NCBI GenBank assembly: GCA_965242865.1
Contig: CBDETK010000013.1
Coordinates: forward strand, 3,392,001-3,456,000
Direction: 5' to 3'
DNA: 64,000 bases
Source: Candidatus Latescibacterota bacterium
GTDB taxonomy: Bacteria; Latescibacterota; UBA2968; UBA8231
The position numbers and the translations under genes were made by a program. Below the pieces are notes generated by a model, which worked only from the letters and a program-made list of their open reading frames with translations, made no database searches and was not told the origin of the DNA. This document shows positions 30,090-40,423 of the stretch, one piece after another; positions within the stretch are counted from its first letter, which is position 1, and every line of letters starts with the position of its first letter.

Positions 30090-30596
30090 TCAGCTAGCGG
30101 CGACGAGATCCCCGTAGGAGCCTTTGACTAGCTGGTCGCTGGTGATTTCCAACGCCCGCATCAGGGCCTCGACGCGATGGTGCGACTCCTCAATGCCCTT
30201 TTCTTCGGTCACGGCCTCTAGCTCGACGAATGGGCCGATGCCCTTTACGTCGTCGAGGTGGATGCGCACGTTTTCCCACAGCCAGACTTGGCGCGTCTTC
30301 TCCACCTCCACCCAGACGCCGTGGATGCCGCTGAGAATGGTACGCAAGCCCTCGGGGTCTTCGGTCTTGGCAATCTCGTAGTCGCTGCGCTTGGGGCCGG
30401 CTAGGTCTTCGCGCTGGTAGAAAATCAGATGGCCTTCATCTACGCTCAACTCGCGCAGCTTGAGCCGCCCTTGATCAATGCTGAAATAGGTGTCCTTCTG
30501 GTGGAAGGTCCCGGCCAACCCCGCGCCGAGGGCGTTGAGGTTTTCTTCGGCGCGCTTGACGTCTGGATAGTGCGCTTTGATTTCGATGTTGGTCAT
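30090..30596 (-). CDS. CYTH-domain protein (class IV adenylate cyclase-like)
   Basis: NIEIKA, QKDTYF, RLKLRE, KTR, HLDDV, FVELE; start ATG 30596. Confidence 0.9.
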   Translation of the reverse strand: MTNIEIKAHYPDVKRAEENLNALGAGLAGTFHQKDTYFSIDQGRLKLRELSVDEGHLIFYQREDLAGPKRSDYEIAKTEDPEGLRTILSGIHGVWVEVEKTRQVWLWENVRIHLDDVKGIGPFVELEAVTEEKGIEESHHRVEALMRALEITSDQLVKGSYGDLVAAS

Positions 30597-30692
30597 GTTG
30601 GTTCGGTTTTGTTGAAAGCGGCTTGAAATGTACGCCTGCCCCGCGCTCGGTGCAACTTGCGCTCCACCGCCCGATGCGTCAAAGTATGGGCT

Positions 30693-31667
30693 ATGAAAGC
30701 GATAACCATAACCAACGACGCGGATCGCGCGCTCTGCTGGCAAGAGGTCCCCGATCCCACCTGTGGCCCAAGCGAAGTCCTCGTCGATATTCACGCCACG
30801 GCCGTCAACCGCGCCGATCTCCTCCAACGCGCGGGCCACTACCCGCCGCCGCCGGGCGCATCCCCGTACCTGGGCTTGGAAATGGCGGGCGTGGTCGCTG
30901 CTACGGGCGCGGCTGTGACGCAGTGGCGGCCCGGCGACCGCGTCCTCGGCCTGCTCTCTGGCGGCGGGTACGCCGAGCGCGTGGCCGTTCCCGCCACCCA
31001 TCTGCTGCCCCTGCCCGGCGACCGCAACTTCACTTGGGGCGCGGTCATCTGCGAGGTTTTTCTCACCGCTTTTGTCAACTTGTTTTGCGAAGCCGGCTTG
31101 CGCGCCGGCGAGACCGCCCTCATCCACGGCGGGGGCAGCGGCGTGGGAACGGCCGCGGTGCAGTTGTGTCGCCAAGCCGCGGCCAAGGCGATCGTCACGG
31201 CCGGCACGGACGCCAAGGTGGCGCGTTGCCTCGCGCTGGGCGCGGAGTTTGGGGTCAACTACAAGGAGCGGGACTTTGCCGAGGCCATTCTCGCCCACAC
31301 CGACGGGGTCGATGTGATCCTCGACATGGCCGGGGCTGCCTACTTGGAGCGCAACGTGCGGCTGCTCAAGTCCGGGGGCCGCCTCGTGGTGATCGCCGTC
31401 CTGACCGGCGCTGAAGCCCAAATAGACCTCTTGGAACTCCAGAGAAAGCGCCTGCGCCTGATCGGCTCGGTGTTGCGCAGCCGCTCGGACGCGGAGAAAA
31501 CCGCAATCGTCGCGGCCTTCAAGGAGCGGTTCTGGCCGCTGCTGATCGACGGGCGCGTGCGGCCTGTGATCGAGGAGGTGCTGCCCATTGAGCGCGCAGC
31601 CCAAGCCCAAGCCATCCTCCGGCAAAACCGCAACATCGGCAAGGTCGTGCTGCAAGTGCGGCCCTGA
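30693..31667 (+). CDS. NAD(P)H-quinone oxidoreductase (PIG3/zeta-crystallin family)
   Basis: VNRADLLQRAGHYPPPPGAS, GGGYAE, HGGGSGVG, NIGKVVL. Confidence 0.92.
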   Translation: MKAITITNDADRALCWQEVPDPTCGPSEVLVDIHATAVNRADLLQRAGHYPPPPGASPYLGLEMAGVVAATGAAVTQWRPGDRVLGLLSGGGYAERVAVPATHLLPLPGDRNFTWGAVICEVFLTAFVNLFCEAGLRAGETALIHGGGSGVGTAAVQLCRQAAAKAIVTAGTDAKVARCLALGAEFGVNYKERDFAEAILAHTDGVDVILDMAGAAYLERNVRLLKSGGRLVVIAVLTGAEAQIDLLELQRKRLRLIGSVLRSRSDAEKTAIVAAFKERFWPLLIDGRVRPVIEEVLPIERAAQAQAILRQNRNIGKVVLQVRP

Positions 31668-31682
31668 GCCAAAGGAGCGAAT

Positions 31683-32732
31683 ATGAGCACCCGGTATCGC
31701 CACATTGAAGTCAGCGGCTCGCCGCACGAGTTGGGCCGCCAGCTCGGCGAGGCCGCCCGCGACGAAATCCGCGGCTTTGCCGCCATCGCCCTAGCGCGCG
31801 TCAACAAGACCGTGTGCGTCTCGCGCGCCCGCGCCTTGGACATAAGCCGCCGGAGCATGGCCTGCGCGGCCGCGTACGCGCCCGACCTGCTCGACGAGTT
31901 GCGCGGCATGAGCGAAGGCGCCGGCGTCGCGCTCGACGAGCTGATGCTCCTACAGGTGCGCAACCAGCTTTGCCCGGAGGAAGACGCGGCCTGCACGGCC
32001 TTGGCCATCGCGCCCCAGCGCAGCGCGGAGGGCCGGGCGATTGCCGCGCAAAACTGGGACAACGACCCCGCGCTGGACCCCTTTACGATCGTGCTGACGC
32101 GCCGGCCGGCCGGCAAGCCCGCGCTGCTGAACATCACCCAAGCGGGCCTCATCGCGTACATCGGATGCAACGACGCCGGTATGGGCGTCTGCATGAACAC
32201 GCTGCCGGCCCCCAGCCGCCCGGTCGGCGTCCCGCACTACTTTGCCGTGCGCACCATCTACGAACAGACCTCGCTCAGCGGCGCGGTTGCTGCGGTGCGC
32301 CGGGCCGACCGCGCCATTCCCGGCAACATCCTCCTCGCCACCCCGCAGGGGCCGGCCGATCTCGAACTCACCGTGGGCCGCGTCCACGTCTTGCGCGATG
32401 ACGAGCTCGTGGTCCACACCAATCACTGCCTACACCCGGAGCTCGCGCCGATCAACCGCGAATTTCCCGAGCTGATCGAGTCCGGTCCGCGCTACGACCG
32501 CGTCGAAGAATTGCTCGGTGCGGAACGGCGGGTCAGCATGGCGCAAGTACAAGCGGTCCTGCGCGACCACGACCGCCACCCCTACTCCATCTGCCGCCAC
32601 GCCAACGACCATCCGCAGACCGGCTTTTGGACGAGCGTATTTTCGGTGGTGATCGAGGCCGATCGAGGCCGCATGCACATCAGCCGCGGCAACCCGTGCG
32701 CGGCCCCGTACGAAACGTATTCGCTCAACTGA
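31683..32732 (+). CDS. C45 autoproteolytic acyltransferase/hydrolase
   Basis: ACT nucleophile site, QNWD, HTNH, SICRH. Confidence 0.88.
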   Translation: MSTRYRHIEVSGSPHELGRQLGEAARDEIRGFAAIALARVNKTVCVSRARALDISRRSMACAAAYAPDLLDELRGMSEGAGVALDELMLLQVRNQLCPEEDAACTALAIAPQRSAEGRAIAAQNWDNDPALDPFTIVLTRRPAGKPALLNITQAGLIAYIGCNDAGMGVCMNTLPAPSRPVGVPHYFAVRTIYEQTSLSGAVAAVRRADRAIPGNILLATPQGPADLELTVGRVHVLRDDELVVHTNHCLHPELAPINREFPELIESGPRYDRVEELLGAERRVSMAQVQAVLRDHDRHPYSICRHANDHPQTGFWTSVFSVVIEADRGRMHISRGNPCAAPYETYSLN

Positions 32733-32743
32733 CAGGAGGCACT

Positions 32744-34195
32744 ATGGGCACGCTGCACGGCACCATTATCGACGAAGTCTCGGGCGAATCGCTCGACGCC
32801 AAAGTCCACATCCTCACGGCCTCGGGCACCTTTTCCCACCCCCCGAACTCCATGCTCAAGCGCGGCCCGGGCACGCCGTTTTTCTTTTGCGATGGGGCGT
32901 TTGCCGTTGAGGGCAGCCGGGGGCGCACGGATGTGCTCGTCGAGCGCGGCACCGAGTACGAACCCCATCGCACGACCGTGGAACTGCCGGTCAAGGGCCG
33001 CGTCGAGCTGGAGATTCCGCTGCGCCGCTGGTATCGCCCCCAAGCAGAGGCTTGGTATCCGGGCAACACGCACATTCACTACGACGAGAAGGAGACCCGG
33101 CCCGACGAGCGGCTGGGGATTGATTGCAGCGTCGAAGGGTATAGTGTGACCTGCGTCAGCGTACTCGACCGCCGCCAGTTGCCCTACGCATCCAACAAGT
33201 ATCCCATTGGCGTGATGAACGAGTTTACCACCGCCCATCACGTCCTCGACATCGGCGAGGAAAACCGCCACTACGGCGACAACTCGCCGTGGGGCTTTGG
33301 CTACGGCCACGTGATGTTGCTCAACATCCGCAACCTCGTGCAGCCCGTCAGCCGCGGCCACACCCTCGCCGGGCAATTCGACCCGGATTACCCGCCCTTG
33401 TGCTTTTGCTGCGACGACGCCCGCGAGCAGGGCGGCTTGGTCATCTGGTGCCACAACGGGCGCGGCATGGAGGCCCCGGTGGCTGCGGCGCTCGGCAAGC
33501 TAGACGCCTTCAACCTGTTCGACCCCTTTTGGATGGATCCAGAATACGACCTCTGGTACAAGCTCCTCAACTGCGGCTTACGGCTGCCGGCCTCGACCGG
33601 CACGGATTGGTTTGTGTGCTCCAACAATCGCGTGTACGTGCAAGTGGCTGGGGAATTTTCGTACTCGCGCTGGATTGAGGGGATGAAGCAGGGGCGGACC
33701 TTCATCACCAACGGCCCGGCCCTCCAGCTCGCACTCAACGGCCAGCCGATGGGCGATACGGTGGAATGCAGCCGCGGCGCGGAGTTAGAGGCCGAAGTGA
33801 CCTTTAGCTCGTTTTATCCGCTGGAGCGCGCCGAGTTGGTGGTCAACGGCGCGGTCGTCCAGCGCTGGGACTGGCCGGCCGGCCGGCGCGAGGGCGCATT
33901 GCGCCACGGCTTCAGGGCCGAGCGCGACGGGTGGGTTGCCGCCCGCCTGTGGGGCGACTCACGCGACAGCTTTGGCCAGTCCATATACGCGCATTCGAGC
34001 CCGACCTACTTCTGCTGCGGCGCACCGCCGGCCGAGCGCGCGGCCGACGCCACCTTCTTCGCCCGCTCGATTGACGAATCGCTCCAGTGGATCGACGGGT
34101 ATGGTCGCTATAACGACGACCGGCAGCGCGAGGAGGTGCGCGAACTGTTCAGGAGGGGGCGCGAGGTGTACGCGGGGCTGGCCGGCCGAGCCTAA
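32744..34195 (+). CDS. CehA/McbA-family metallohydrolase
   Basis: [39 protein letters not shown]; SD AGGAGG. Confidence 0.85.
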   Translation: MGTLHGTIIDEVSGESLDAKVHILTASGTFSHPPNSMLKRGPGTPFFFCDGAFAVEGSRGRTDVLVERGTEYEPHRTTVELPVKGRVELEIPLRRWYRPQAEAWYPGNTHIHYDEKETRPDERLGIDCSVEGYSVTCVSVLDRRQLPYASNKYPIGVMNEFTTAHHVLDIGEENRHYGDNSPWGFGYGHVMLLNIRNLVQPVSRGHTLAGQFDPDYPPLCFCCDDAREQGGLVIWCHNGRGMEAPVAAALGKLDAFNLFDPFWMDPEYDLWYKLLNCGLRLPASTGTDWFVCSNNRVYVQVAGEFSYSRWIEGMKQGRTFITNGPALQLALNGQPMGDTVECSRGAELEAEVTFSSFYPLERAELVVNGAVVQRWDWPAGRREGALRHGFRAERDGWVAARLWGDSRDSFGQSIYAHSSPTYFCCGAPPAERAADATFFARSIDESLQWIDGYGRYNDDRQREEVRELFRRGREVYAGLAGRA

Positions 34196-35127
34196 TGGGC
34201 CAAAAACCGCTCGGCCTCAATCGCCGCCATACACCCGGTGCCGGCTGCGGTGACGGCTTGGCGGTACACGGAGTCTTGCACGTCGCCGCAGGCAAAAACC
34301 CCGGGGATGGTGGTCGCGGTCAAATCCGGCTCGGTGCGGATGTAGCCCTGCTCGTTCATGGCCAACGCGCCCGCGAAAAGCTGGGAATTGGGCACGTGGC
34401 CGATGGCGACGAAGACGCCGTCGCAGGCAAACTCGCGCGTCTGGCCGGTGTGGGTGTCGCGCAGCAGCACCCCGCGCACGGCCAATTCGTCATCCGCCTG
34501 TAAAATTTCCTCGACCGTGGCGTTCACCGCGAAGTCGATCTTGTCGTTGTCTTGGGCGCGCTTGAGCATGATTTTGGAGGCGCGAAACTCGGCGCGGCGG
34601 TGGACGATGGTGACCTTGGAGGCGAATTTCGTCAGGTAAGTCCCTTCCTCCATGGCCGAGTCGCCGCCGCCGACGACGACGAGCTCCTTGTCGCGAAAGA
34701 AAAAGCCGTCGCAGGTGGCGCAGGCCGAGACCCCGTGCCCCATCAGCCGCCGCTCGGATTCCAAGCCGAGCAGGCGCGCGGACGCGCCCGTGGCAATGAT
34801 CAGCGCGTCGCAGGTGTACTGGGTGCCATCGCTTTTGACCGCCAAGGGTCGCTCGGACAAATCAACCGCGGCCACCGTCTCGAACTTGCACTCGGCGCCA
34901 AAGCGCTGCGCCTGCTGGCGCATCAGATCGACCAGTTCGGGCCCCATGATGCCGTCGGGAAAGCCCGGGTAGTTTTCTACGTCCGTGGTAATGGTTAGCT
35001 GGCCGCCCGGCTGCGCGCCTTCTAGGACCAGCGGCGCGAGGTCGGCGCGGGCTGCGTACAGGGCGGCGGTCAGCCCGGCCGGCCCCGAGCCGACGATGAC
35101 GACCTTATAGTGGTGATTCGCGTTCAT
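34192..35127 (-). CDS. trxB: Thioredoxin-disulfide reductase
   Basis: [37 protein letters not shown]. Confidence 0.96.
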   Translation of the reverse strand: MNANHHYKVVIVGSGPAGLTAALYAARADLAPLVLEGAQPGGQLTITTDVENYPGFPDGIMGPELVDLMRQQAQRFGAECKFETVAAVDLSERPLAVKSDGTQYTCDALIIATGASARLLGLESERRLMGHGVSACATCDGFFFRDKELVVVGGGDSAMEEGTYLTKFASKVTIVHRRAEFRASKIMLKRAQDNDKIDFAVNATVEEILQADDELAVRGVLLRDTHTGQTREFACDGVFVAIGHVPNSQLFAGALAMNEQGYIRTEPDLTATTIPGVFACGDVQDSVYRQAVTAAGTGCMAAIEAERFLAH

Positions 35128-35140
35128 TGTTCTCCTTTGC

Positions 35141-36097
35141 TTAAACGATGCGGCTCAGAAGTTGTCGGCCCTCCAGCCCGGCCAGCAGGTTGCCCACCGA
35201 CCGCTCGGCCATGGCTTGGCGCGTCTGGTGGGTCGCGCTGCCCAAGTGGGGTATGACGACGAGGTTGTCCAGCGCGAGGAGGGGGTGATCGCGGGGCAGG
35301 GGTTCGGGTTCGGTCACGTCGAGGGCGGCTGCGTGGAGCTTGCCGCTTTGCAAGGCGGCCAGCAGCGCGTCGTGATCGACAACGCCCCCGCGCGCCGCGT
35401 TGACCAGCACGGCCGATGGCTTCATCAGGCCCAACTCGCGCCGGCCAATCATGCCCCGCGTCTGCTCGGTCAGTGGCATGTTCAAGGTCACGAAGTCTGC
35501 CTGTTGGAGTAGCTCGTCGAGCCCGACGTAGCGCACTTTGAGATCGGCTTCGGCTTTGGGGTTGCGGCGACGGTTGTGGTACAAGACGGTCATGTCAAAG
35601 GCCCGGGCGCGGCGCGCTACTTGGTAGCCGATGCTGCCCAGCCCGATGATTCCGAGGACTTGGTGGTGAACCTCCTGCCCCAGCATGAAGCTCGGATCGT
35701 AGGCCACAAAGTCCGGGCCGCGCGCAAAGCGGTCGCCTTGGATGAGGTTGCGTGCACCGGCTAAGAGGAGGGCAAAGGTCATATCGGCCGTCGCGCCGTC
35801 GAGGACGTTGGGCGTGTTGCCTACGGGGATGCCGCGCTCTTGGGCCGCTTGGAGGTCAATGTGATCTACGCCCACGCCGAAGTTGCTGATGACGCGAAGT
35901 TCGGGTATGAGGTCCATGTATTCGGCTGTGAAGGCGTAGTGGCCGTAGTTGTACACTCCTTCGATGGTGCGAAGGAGGGCGGCTGGCGGCTGCGGGTGCA
36001 ACGGATTCCAGCGCACGAGCTCGGCGTGGGCCTCGATCATGGGAATGATGGTGTGATACGGTTCGATTTCCGAGCGGATTAAGACTTTGTAGGGCAT
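35141..36097 (-). CDS. D-2-hydroxyacid dehydrogenase (glyoxylate/hydroxypyruvate reductase-like)
   Basis: [36 protein letters not shown]; start ATG 36097. Confidence 0.92.
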   Translation of the reverse strand: MPYKVLIRSEIEPYHTIIPMIEAHAELVRWNPLHPQPPAALLRTIEGVYNYGHYAFTAEYMDLIPELRVISNFGVGVDHIDLQAAQERGIPVGNTPNVLDGATADMTFALLLAGARNLIQGDRFARGPDFVAYDPSFMLGQEVHHQVLGIIGLGSIGYQVARRARAFDMTVLYHNRRRNPKAEADLKVRYVGLDELLQQADFVTLNMPLTEQTRGMIGRRELGLMKPSAVLVNAARGGVVDHDALLAALQSGKLHAAALDVTEPEPLPRDHPLLALDNLVVIPHLGSATHQTRQAMAERSVGNLLAGLEGRQLLSRIV

Positions 36098-36113
36098 TTT
36101 TATTCTCGAGTAA

Positions 36114-36299
36114 TCACAAGTGCAGTCTGAAAGTCCCGGGGACCGAGGCGCGGTCGAAGTGGCACAGCACGGCATCTTGGACCATTCGCTTCAGATCTTC
36201 CCACGAGTCAGCTTGAGTGATGATGTCGCATCCTACAGCCTCGGCGTAGTAGCCCCCTTCCTTTGCTTCGTGGACTTCAAAAACTATTTCGTTTGGCAT
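36114..36299 (-). CDS. HicB-like antitoxin, no adjacent toxin
   Basis: EIVFEVHEAKEGGYYAEA..IITQADSWEDLKRMVQDAVLCHF. Confidence 0.7.
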   Translation of the reverse strand: MPNEIVFEVHEAKEGGYYAEAVGCDIITQADSWEDLKRMVQDAVLCHFDRASVPGTFRLHL

Positions 36300-36484
36300 A
36301 ATCTAACGTCCTATACACGTATCACGCATAAAATCGGCAGCAACGCACCAGTGGAGAGTAAAATACCAAGACCTTCTGAGCAAGCCCTCCACGGCAGGAT
36401 AGAGGCAAGCGCGAAAGAAGTCTTGACGCAAGGCCCTCGGTGGCCGACGTTGAAACCCTTTCCGGCCCCTTTCAAGACGAAATT

Positions 36485-37234
36485 ATGCTGATCGCACATC
36501 CCCAAGGACACTATCGCTTTCTCCGGGGCATTGACCCCTACTCCTGCGGCGTCGTGGCCGAGCCGGGCTGGGAGATCGTCCGCGTCGTACTCGCTGAGCC
36601 GTTGCCTTGGCGCGAGGGCTTTGAGCGGGTGGAAGCGCATCTGGCGGCAGAAGGCCGCGACCGCGTCGCGCTCTGTGCAATGGAACTGCGCTCGCCCGCG
36701 CCCTTTACCATGCAGGGATTTATCGACTTCAACCGCGACTATTGCGCTGTCCTGCAGGCGTGGGGTTTGTACGTAGAAGAGCTCAATCCGGTGGCCCGCA
36801 CAAATGTCGCGCCGGCCTGCGACCCGCCAGCGGAGCCTTCGCTGCACGCCTTTTCCTACGCGGTTCCCAACGACCGCATCGACCGCAAAACCCTGATCGT
36901 GGCCGGGGCCGGCGAGTTGCGGGCCGGTCGCCTCGCGTCCGAGGGGATTATCCGCCCGGGCGATACATCGCCCGCGGCCATGCGCGAGAAGGCCGCTTAT
37001 GTGGCGCAGGTCATGGGCGAGCGGCTCGCCGGGCTTGGCGGGACGTGGGATTTAATCGACGAGGTTGGCGTGTACACCATCTATCCCCTCGCGGAAATTC
37101 TCGCGGAAATTCTCCTGCCGACGATGGACGCGGCGCGGCGATGCGGCGTCTGTTGGCACTACGCCCGGCCGCCGATTGTGGACATTGACTTTGAGATGGA
37201 TCTGCACGGCGTAGTCTCGCAGCGGATCGTCTAA
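36485..37234 (+). CDS. CnbZ-like/RidA-related putative deaminase
   Basis: YRFLRGIDPYSCGV, LCAMELRSPAPF, NPVARTNV, RPPIVDIDFEMD. Confidence 0.7.
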   Translation: MLIAHPQGHYRFLRGIDPYSCGVVAEPGWEIVRVVLAEPLPWREGFERVEAHLAAEGRDRVALCAMELRSPAPFTMQGFIDFNRDYCAVLQAWGLYVEELNPVARTNVAPACDPPAEPSLHAFSYAVPNDRIDRKTLIVAGAGELRAGRLASEGIIRPGDTSPAAMREKAAYVAQVMGERLAGLGGTWDLIDEVGVYTIYPLAEILAEILLPTMDAARRCGVCWHYARPPIVDIDFEMDLHGVVSQRIV

Positions 37235-37350
37235 GGCCGCCAGTGCCAGCCCCGCATTTGCTCCCAGTGGACATACTTGGTGTTGCTGCCCGGCCTGTCT
37301 CTCGTGTGCTGTTCGTGATGCGACAGGTCAATAAGTCCGCAAAAATTACT

Positions 37351-38703
37351 TCAAGTTTGTTCCCACACGGCGTCTTGCTCTCGCCGCAGTTGCAACGCCA
37401 GCGAATCCGGCACATCGACCATGGCGTAGGCAATGGCGTCGCCTTGCCGCACGTCTTGGTTGAGCACGGCCCCACCGGACAATCCCAACGGCAACAGCCC
37501 CTCTTGGCGGGCCACAGTGGCCTTTTCGCTCTGTCCCACCACGGTGTAGCCGCCTCCGCCGTCGAGCGTCTCTCCGGCTTTGAGATCGCGCTTGGCCACG
37601 GCGACCACCTCGGCTGTGGGCACCGGGCGTGGGGCGCCGGTCGGCAGGCCGTAGAGCGCGACTTTGGCGATGGTGATCGGGGCCTCAACCGCCACCAAGT
37701 GATAGGGGCGGTAGAGGAGGAAGTTTTTGCCGTCGCCGCCCGGATGCAGGTGATAGGTGGCGAGGTCTTCTACCGTAAAGGCGTGCTCGCTGCGGGCGAC
37801 GACAAAGACGCCCATCCGCAGCGGATCGGCGAGCAGGGTTTTGCCGTCCTCGGCGACGCTGTTGGCCAGCTCGACGACCCCGCGTTGGCTCAACAGCCCC
37901 CCTTCTTCGGCCAAGCTGAACTTTTGCGGAATGTCCGCCAAATTGCACGACGGCTCGTGCATGCCCCTTATGTCGGGGACTAGCCCGGCCATGTTGGCGA
38001 TGGCCGTGGCCTCGACTTGGGCTTTGGTGCCGTCGCGGAAGGAGTTGTACATCTTCAAGCTGATGTTGCGCCGTTGCAAGGTTTCTGCGTCAAAGCCAAA
38101 CCGCGCCGCTGCATTGTCCGGGGTGCCTTGGGGATCGTCGGCCAAGAGCACGGTGCCGCGCCCCGCAGCCACCACCTCCAAGCCGAGGGACCGCGCCCAT
38201 TCGATCATGTTCATGGCCACCCCAGGCTGATCGCCATCGACGAGCGAGTACACCACGCCGGCCCGGTCGGCCTTGCGCTTGAGCAGCGCCCCGATCGTCA
38301 CATCCGTTTCGACGTTGACCATCACGAGGTGGTGGCCGCTGGCAATCGCCGCGCTGGCCATGCTGGCCCCGACCGCGGTCAAGCCCGTCGCTTCCACCAC
38401 CACGTCCAACCCCTCGGCTTGTGCGACCAACAGCCCGTCTTCAACGACGGTGAATTTCCCCGCGTGTATGGCCGCGGCCACCGCCGACGGGCTGTCCGCC
38501 GTTTCGACCGCAACATCCCCGTACCCCGCCGTATATGCGTAGCGGGCACGCGCTAAGTTGATGTCGGCAATGGCCGAGACGACCATGCCCTGCATCTGGG
38601 CAATCTGCGCGACCAGCCCCCCGCCGAATTTTCCCGCGCCGATGAGGCCGACGCGAATCGGTTTGCCTTGCCGCTCGCGGTCGGCGAGCAATGCGCTAAG
38701 CAT
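37351..38703 (-). CDS. NAD(P)-dependent oxidoreductase (homoserine dehydrogenase-like) with C-terminal SAF domain
   Basis: GAGKFG, NVETD, GDQP, DGTK, RPYHL, AKRDLKAGETLDG. Confidence 0.88.
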   Translation of the reverse strand: MLSALLADRERQGKPIRVGLIGAGKFGGGLVAQIAQMQGMVVSAIADINLARARYAYTAGYGDVAVETADSPSAVAAAIHAGKFTVVEDGLLVAQAEGLDVVVEATGLTAVGASMASAAIASGHHLVMVNVETDVTIGALLKRKADRAGVVYSLVDGDQPGVAMNMIEWARSLGLEVVAAGRGTVLLADDPQGTPDNAAARFGFDAETLQRRNISLKMYNSFRDGTKAQVEATAIANMAGLVPDIRGMHEPSCNLADIPQKFSLAEEGGLLSQRGVVELANSVAEDGKTLLADPLRMGVFVVARSEHAFTVEDLATYHLHPGGDGKNFLLYRPYHLVAVEAPITIAKVALYGLPTGAPRPVPTAEVVAVAKRDLKAGETLDGGGGYTVVGQSEKATVARQEGLLPLGLSGGAVLNQDVRQGDAIAYAMVDVPDSLALQLRREQDAVWEQT

Positions 38704-38722
38704 GTATTCCTCCTTGCGTTGT

Positions 38723-40399
38723 TTAGCAGAAATCCAAATCCGCCCCCAAGTTCGCCTGCAAGACGCGCTCGGCGTACAGCCGCGGCCATCCCCGGGCGGG
38801 CGCGGCCGGCGCGGTCCATTCGGCCCGCCGGCGGGCGAGGATTTCCTCCGGGACGAGCAAATCCAAGCGGCCGGCTTCTACGTCCAACTCGATTAGATCG
38901 CCGTCGCGGACCAGCGCCAACGGCCCCCCAATGGCCGCTTCCGGGGCCACGTGCAAAGCGACCGTCCCATACGCCGTGCCGCTCATCCGCCCATCGGAAA
39001 CGCGCACCATGTCCTCGACCCCTTGGGCGGCGAGGTACTTGGGCAAGGGCATGGAGCCCGCTTCGGGCATGCCCAAGGCCACCGGCCCGGCCCCGCGCAA
39101 CACTAGTACGTGCGCCGGCGTAATGCTCAAGGCGGGGTCGTCAACGCCCGCGGCTGCGTCCGGTCCGTCGAACACGACAGCCGGCCCTCGGTGCTTGTGC
39201 AGGTGGGGGGACGAGGTGGCCTTCTTTAAGACCGCTCCATCGGGCGCGAGCGAGCCTTTTAGCACCACGAGGGAGGACGCTGGCCCCAGCGGCGCGGCCA
39301 AGGTGCGGACCGCGGTCTGCCACGCGCCGGGTGCGGCCACCTCCTGCAAGAGTGCGCCGAGCGGTTGGCCGGTGACTCCCACCGCATCGAGGTCGAGCAT
39401 CGGCGTCAGTGCCTTGAGCAGGACGGGTACGCCGCCGGCCTTGTCAAAATCCTCCATGTACCCAGTGCCCGCTGGCTTGCAATCGACCAGCAGGGGCACT
39501 TGTTGGGCGGCCGCGTGAAAGTCGTCGAGCGACAAGCTCACGCCGACCCGGCGCGCAATCGCGAGCAGATGCACGACCGCATTTGTGGAGCCGCTCAGCG
39601 CGGCCAGCACCTTGAGCGCGTTGGCAAAGGCCGCGGGCGTTAGGATGTCTCGCGCCGAGCGTCCCTCGGCGGCTAAGGCTACGGCCCGGCGCCCCGTGGC
39701 TACCCCGAGTCGCAAACGCTGACCTGAGACCGCCGCGGGGGTGGCCGCGCCCGGCAGCATCAGCCCGAGGGTTTCGGCCACGCAGGCCATGGTTGAGGCC
39801 GTGCCCATGACCATGCAGGTCCCGGCCGTTGGGCACAGGCTCTGCTCGACCGCGGCGATTTCTTCGGCGCTGAGTGCGCCGGCCCGGTGCTGCGCCCAGT
39901 AGCGGCGGCAATCCGTACACGCGCCCAACCGCTCGCCCCGCCAGTCCCCGGCCAGCATCGGCCCGGCCACGAGGTGGATGGCGGGCACGGGCGCGGCAGC
40001 CGAGGCCATGAGTTGGGCTGGCAGGGTTTTGTCGCAGCCGCCGAGCAGCACGACCGCGTCCATGGGCTGGGCGGCGATCATTTCCTCGGTCGCCATGGCC
40101 ATGAGGTTGCGGTAGAGCATGGCGGTTGGCGACAGGAGGATTTCGCCGAGGGAAAGGGTTGGAAAGACCAAGGGCAGCCCGCCCGCTTCCAACACGCCCC
40201 GTTTGACCGCTTCCACGAGCTGGGGCATGGCGCGATGGCAGGTGGTGTAGTCGGACGAAGTATCGGCGATGCCGACGACGGGCCGCTGCAAATCCGCCTC
40301 GTCGTAGCCAGCCGAAGCGAGAAAAGCGCGGCGCAAGTAGCGGCTAAACCCTGGGTCGGCGTAGTGGGTTAGGTTGCGGTCGATTCCGGTGGGAGGCAT
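38723..40399 (-). CDS. IlvD/Edd-family dehydratase (probable sugar-acid dehydratase)
   Basis: CH, GGCDKT, GTCMVMGTASTM, SGSTNA, GMPE, DGRMSGT, HVAPE. Confidence 0.92.
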   Translation of the reverse strand: MPPTGIDRNLTHYADPGFSRYLRRAFLASAGYDEADLQRPVVGIADTSSDYTTCHRAMPQLVEAVKRGVLEAGGLPLVFPTLSLGEILLSPTAMLYRNLMAMATEEMIAAQPMDAVVLLGGCDKTLPAQLMASAAAPVPAIHLVAGPMLAGDWRGERLGACTDCRRYWAQHRAGALSAEEIAAVEQSLCPTAGTCMVMGTASTMACVAETLGLMLPGAATPAAVSGQRLRLGVATGRRAVALAAEGRSARDILTPAAFANALKVLAALSGSTNAVVHLLAIARRVGVSLSLDDFHAAAQQVPLLVDCKPAGTGYMEDFDKAGGVPVLLKALTPMLDLDAVGVTGQPLGALLQEVAAPGAWQTAVRTLAAPLGPASSLVVLKGSLAPDGAVLKKATSSPHLHKHRGPAVVFDGPDAAAGVDDPALSITPAHVLVLRGAGPVALGMPEAGSMPLPKYLAAQGVEDMVRVSDGRMSGTAYGTVALHVAPEAAIGGPLALVRDGDLIELDVEAGRLDLLVPEEILARRRAEWTAPAAPARGWPRLYAERVLQANLGADLDFC

Positions 40400-40423
40400 G
40401 GGTTCCTTATTCTGTGGAGCGGA

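Noticed and set aside
30597-31727. 545-aa ORF suggesting a large N-terminal extension on the CYTH protein
   Set aside because: The extension is the antisense shadow of the quinone oxidoreductase; the CYTH motif starts at ATG 30596
37088-37113. 12-bp duplication (LAEILAEIL) in the CnbZ-like gene
   Set aside because: In-frame micro-duplication with no evident consequence
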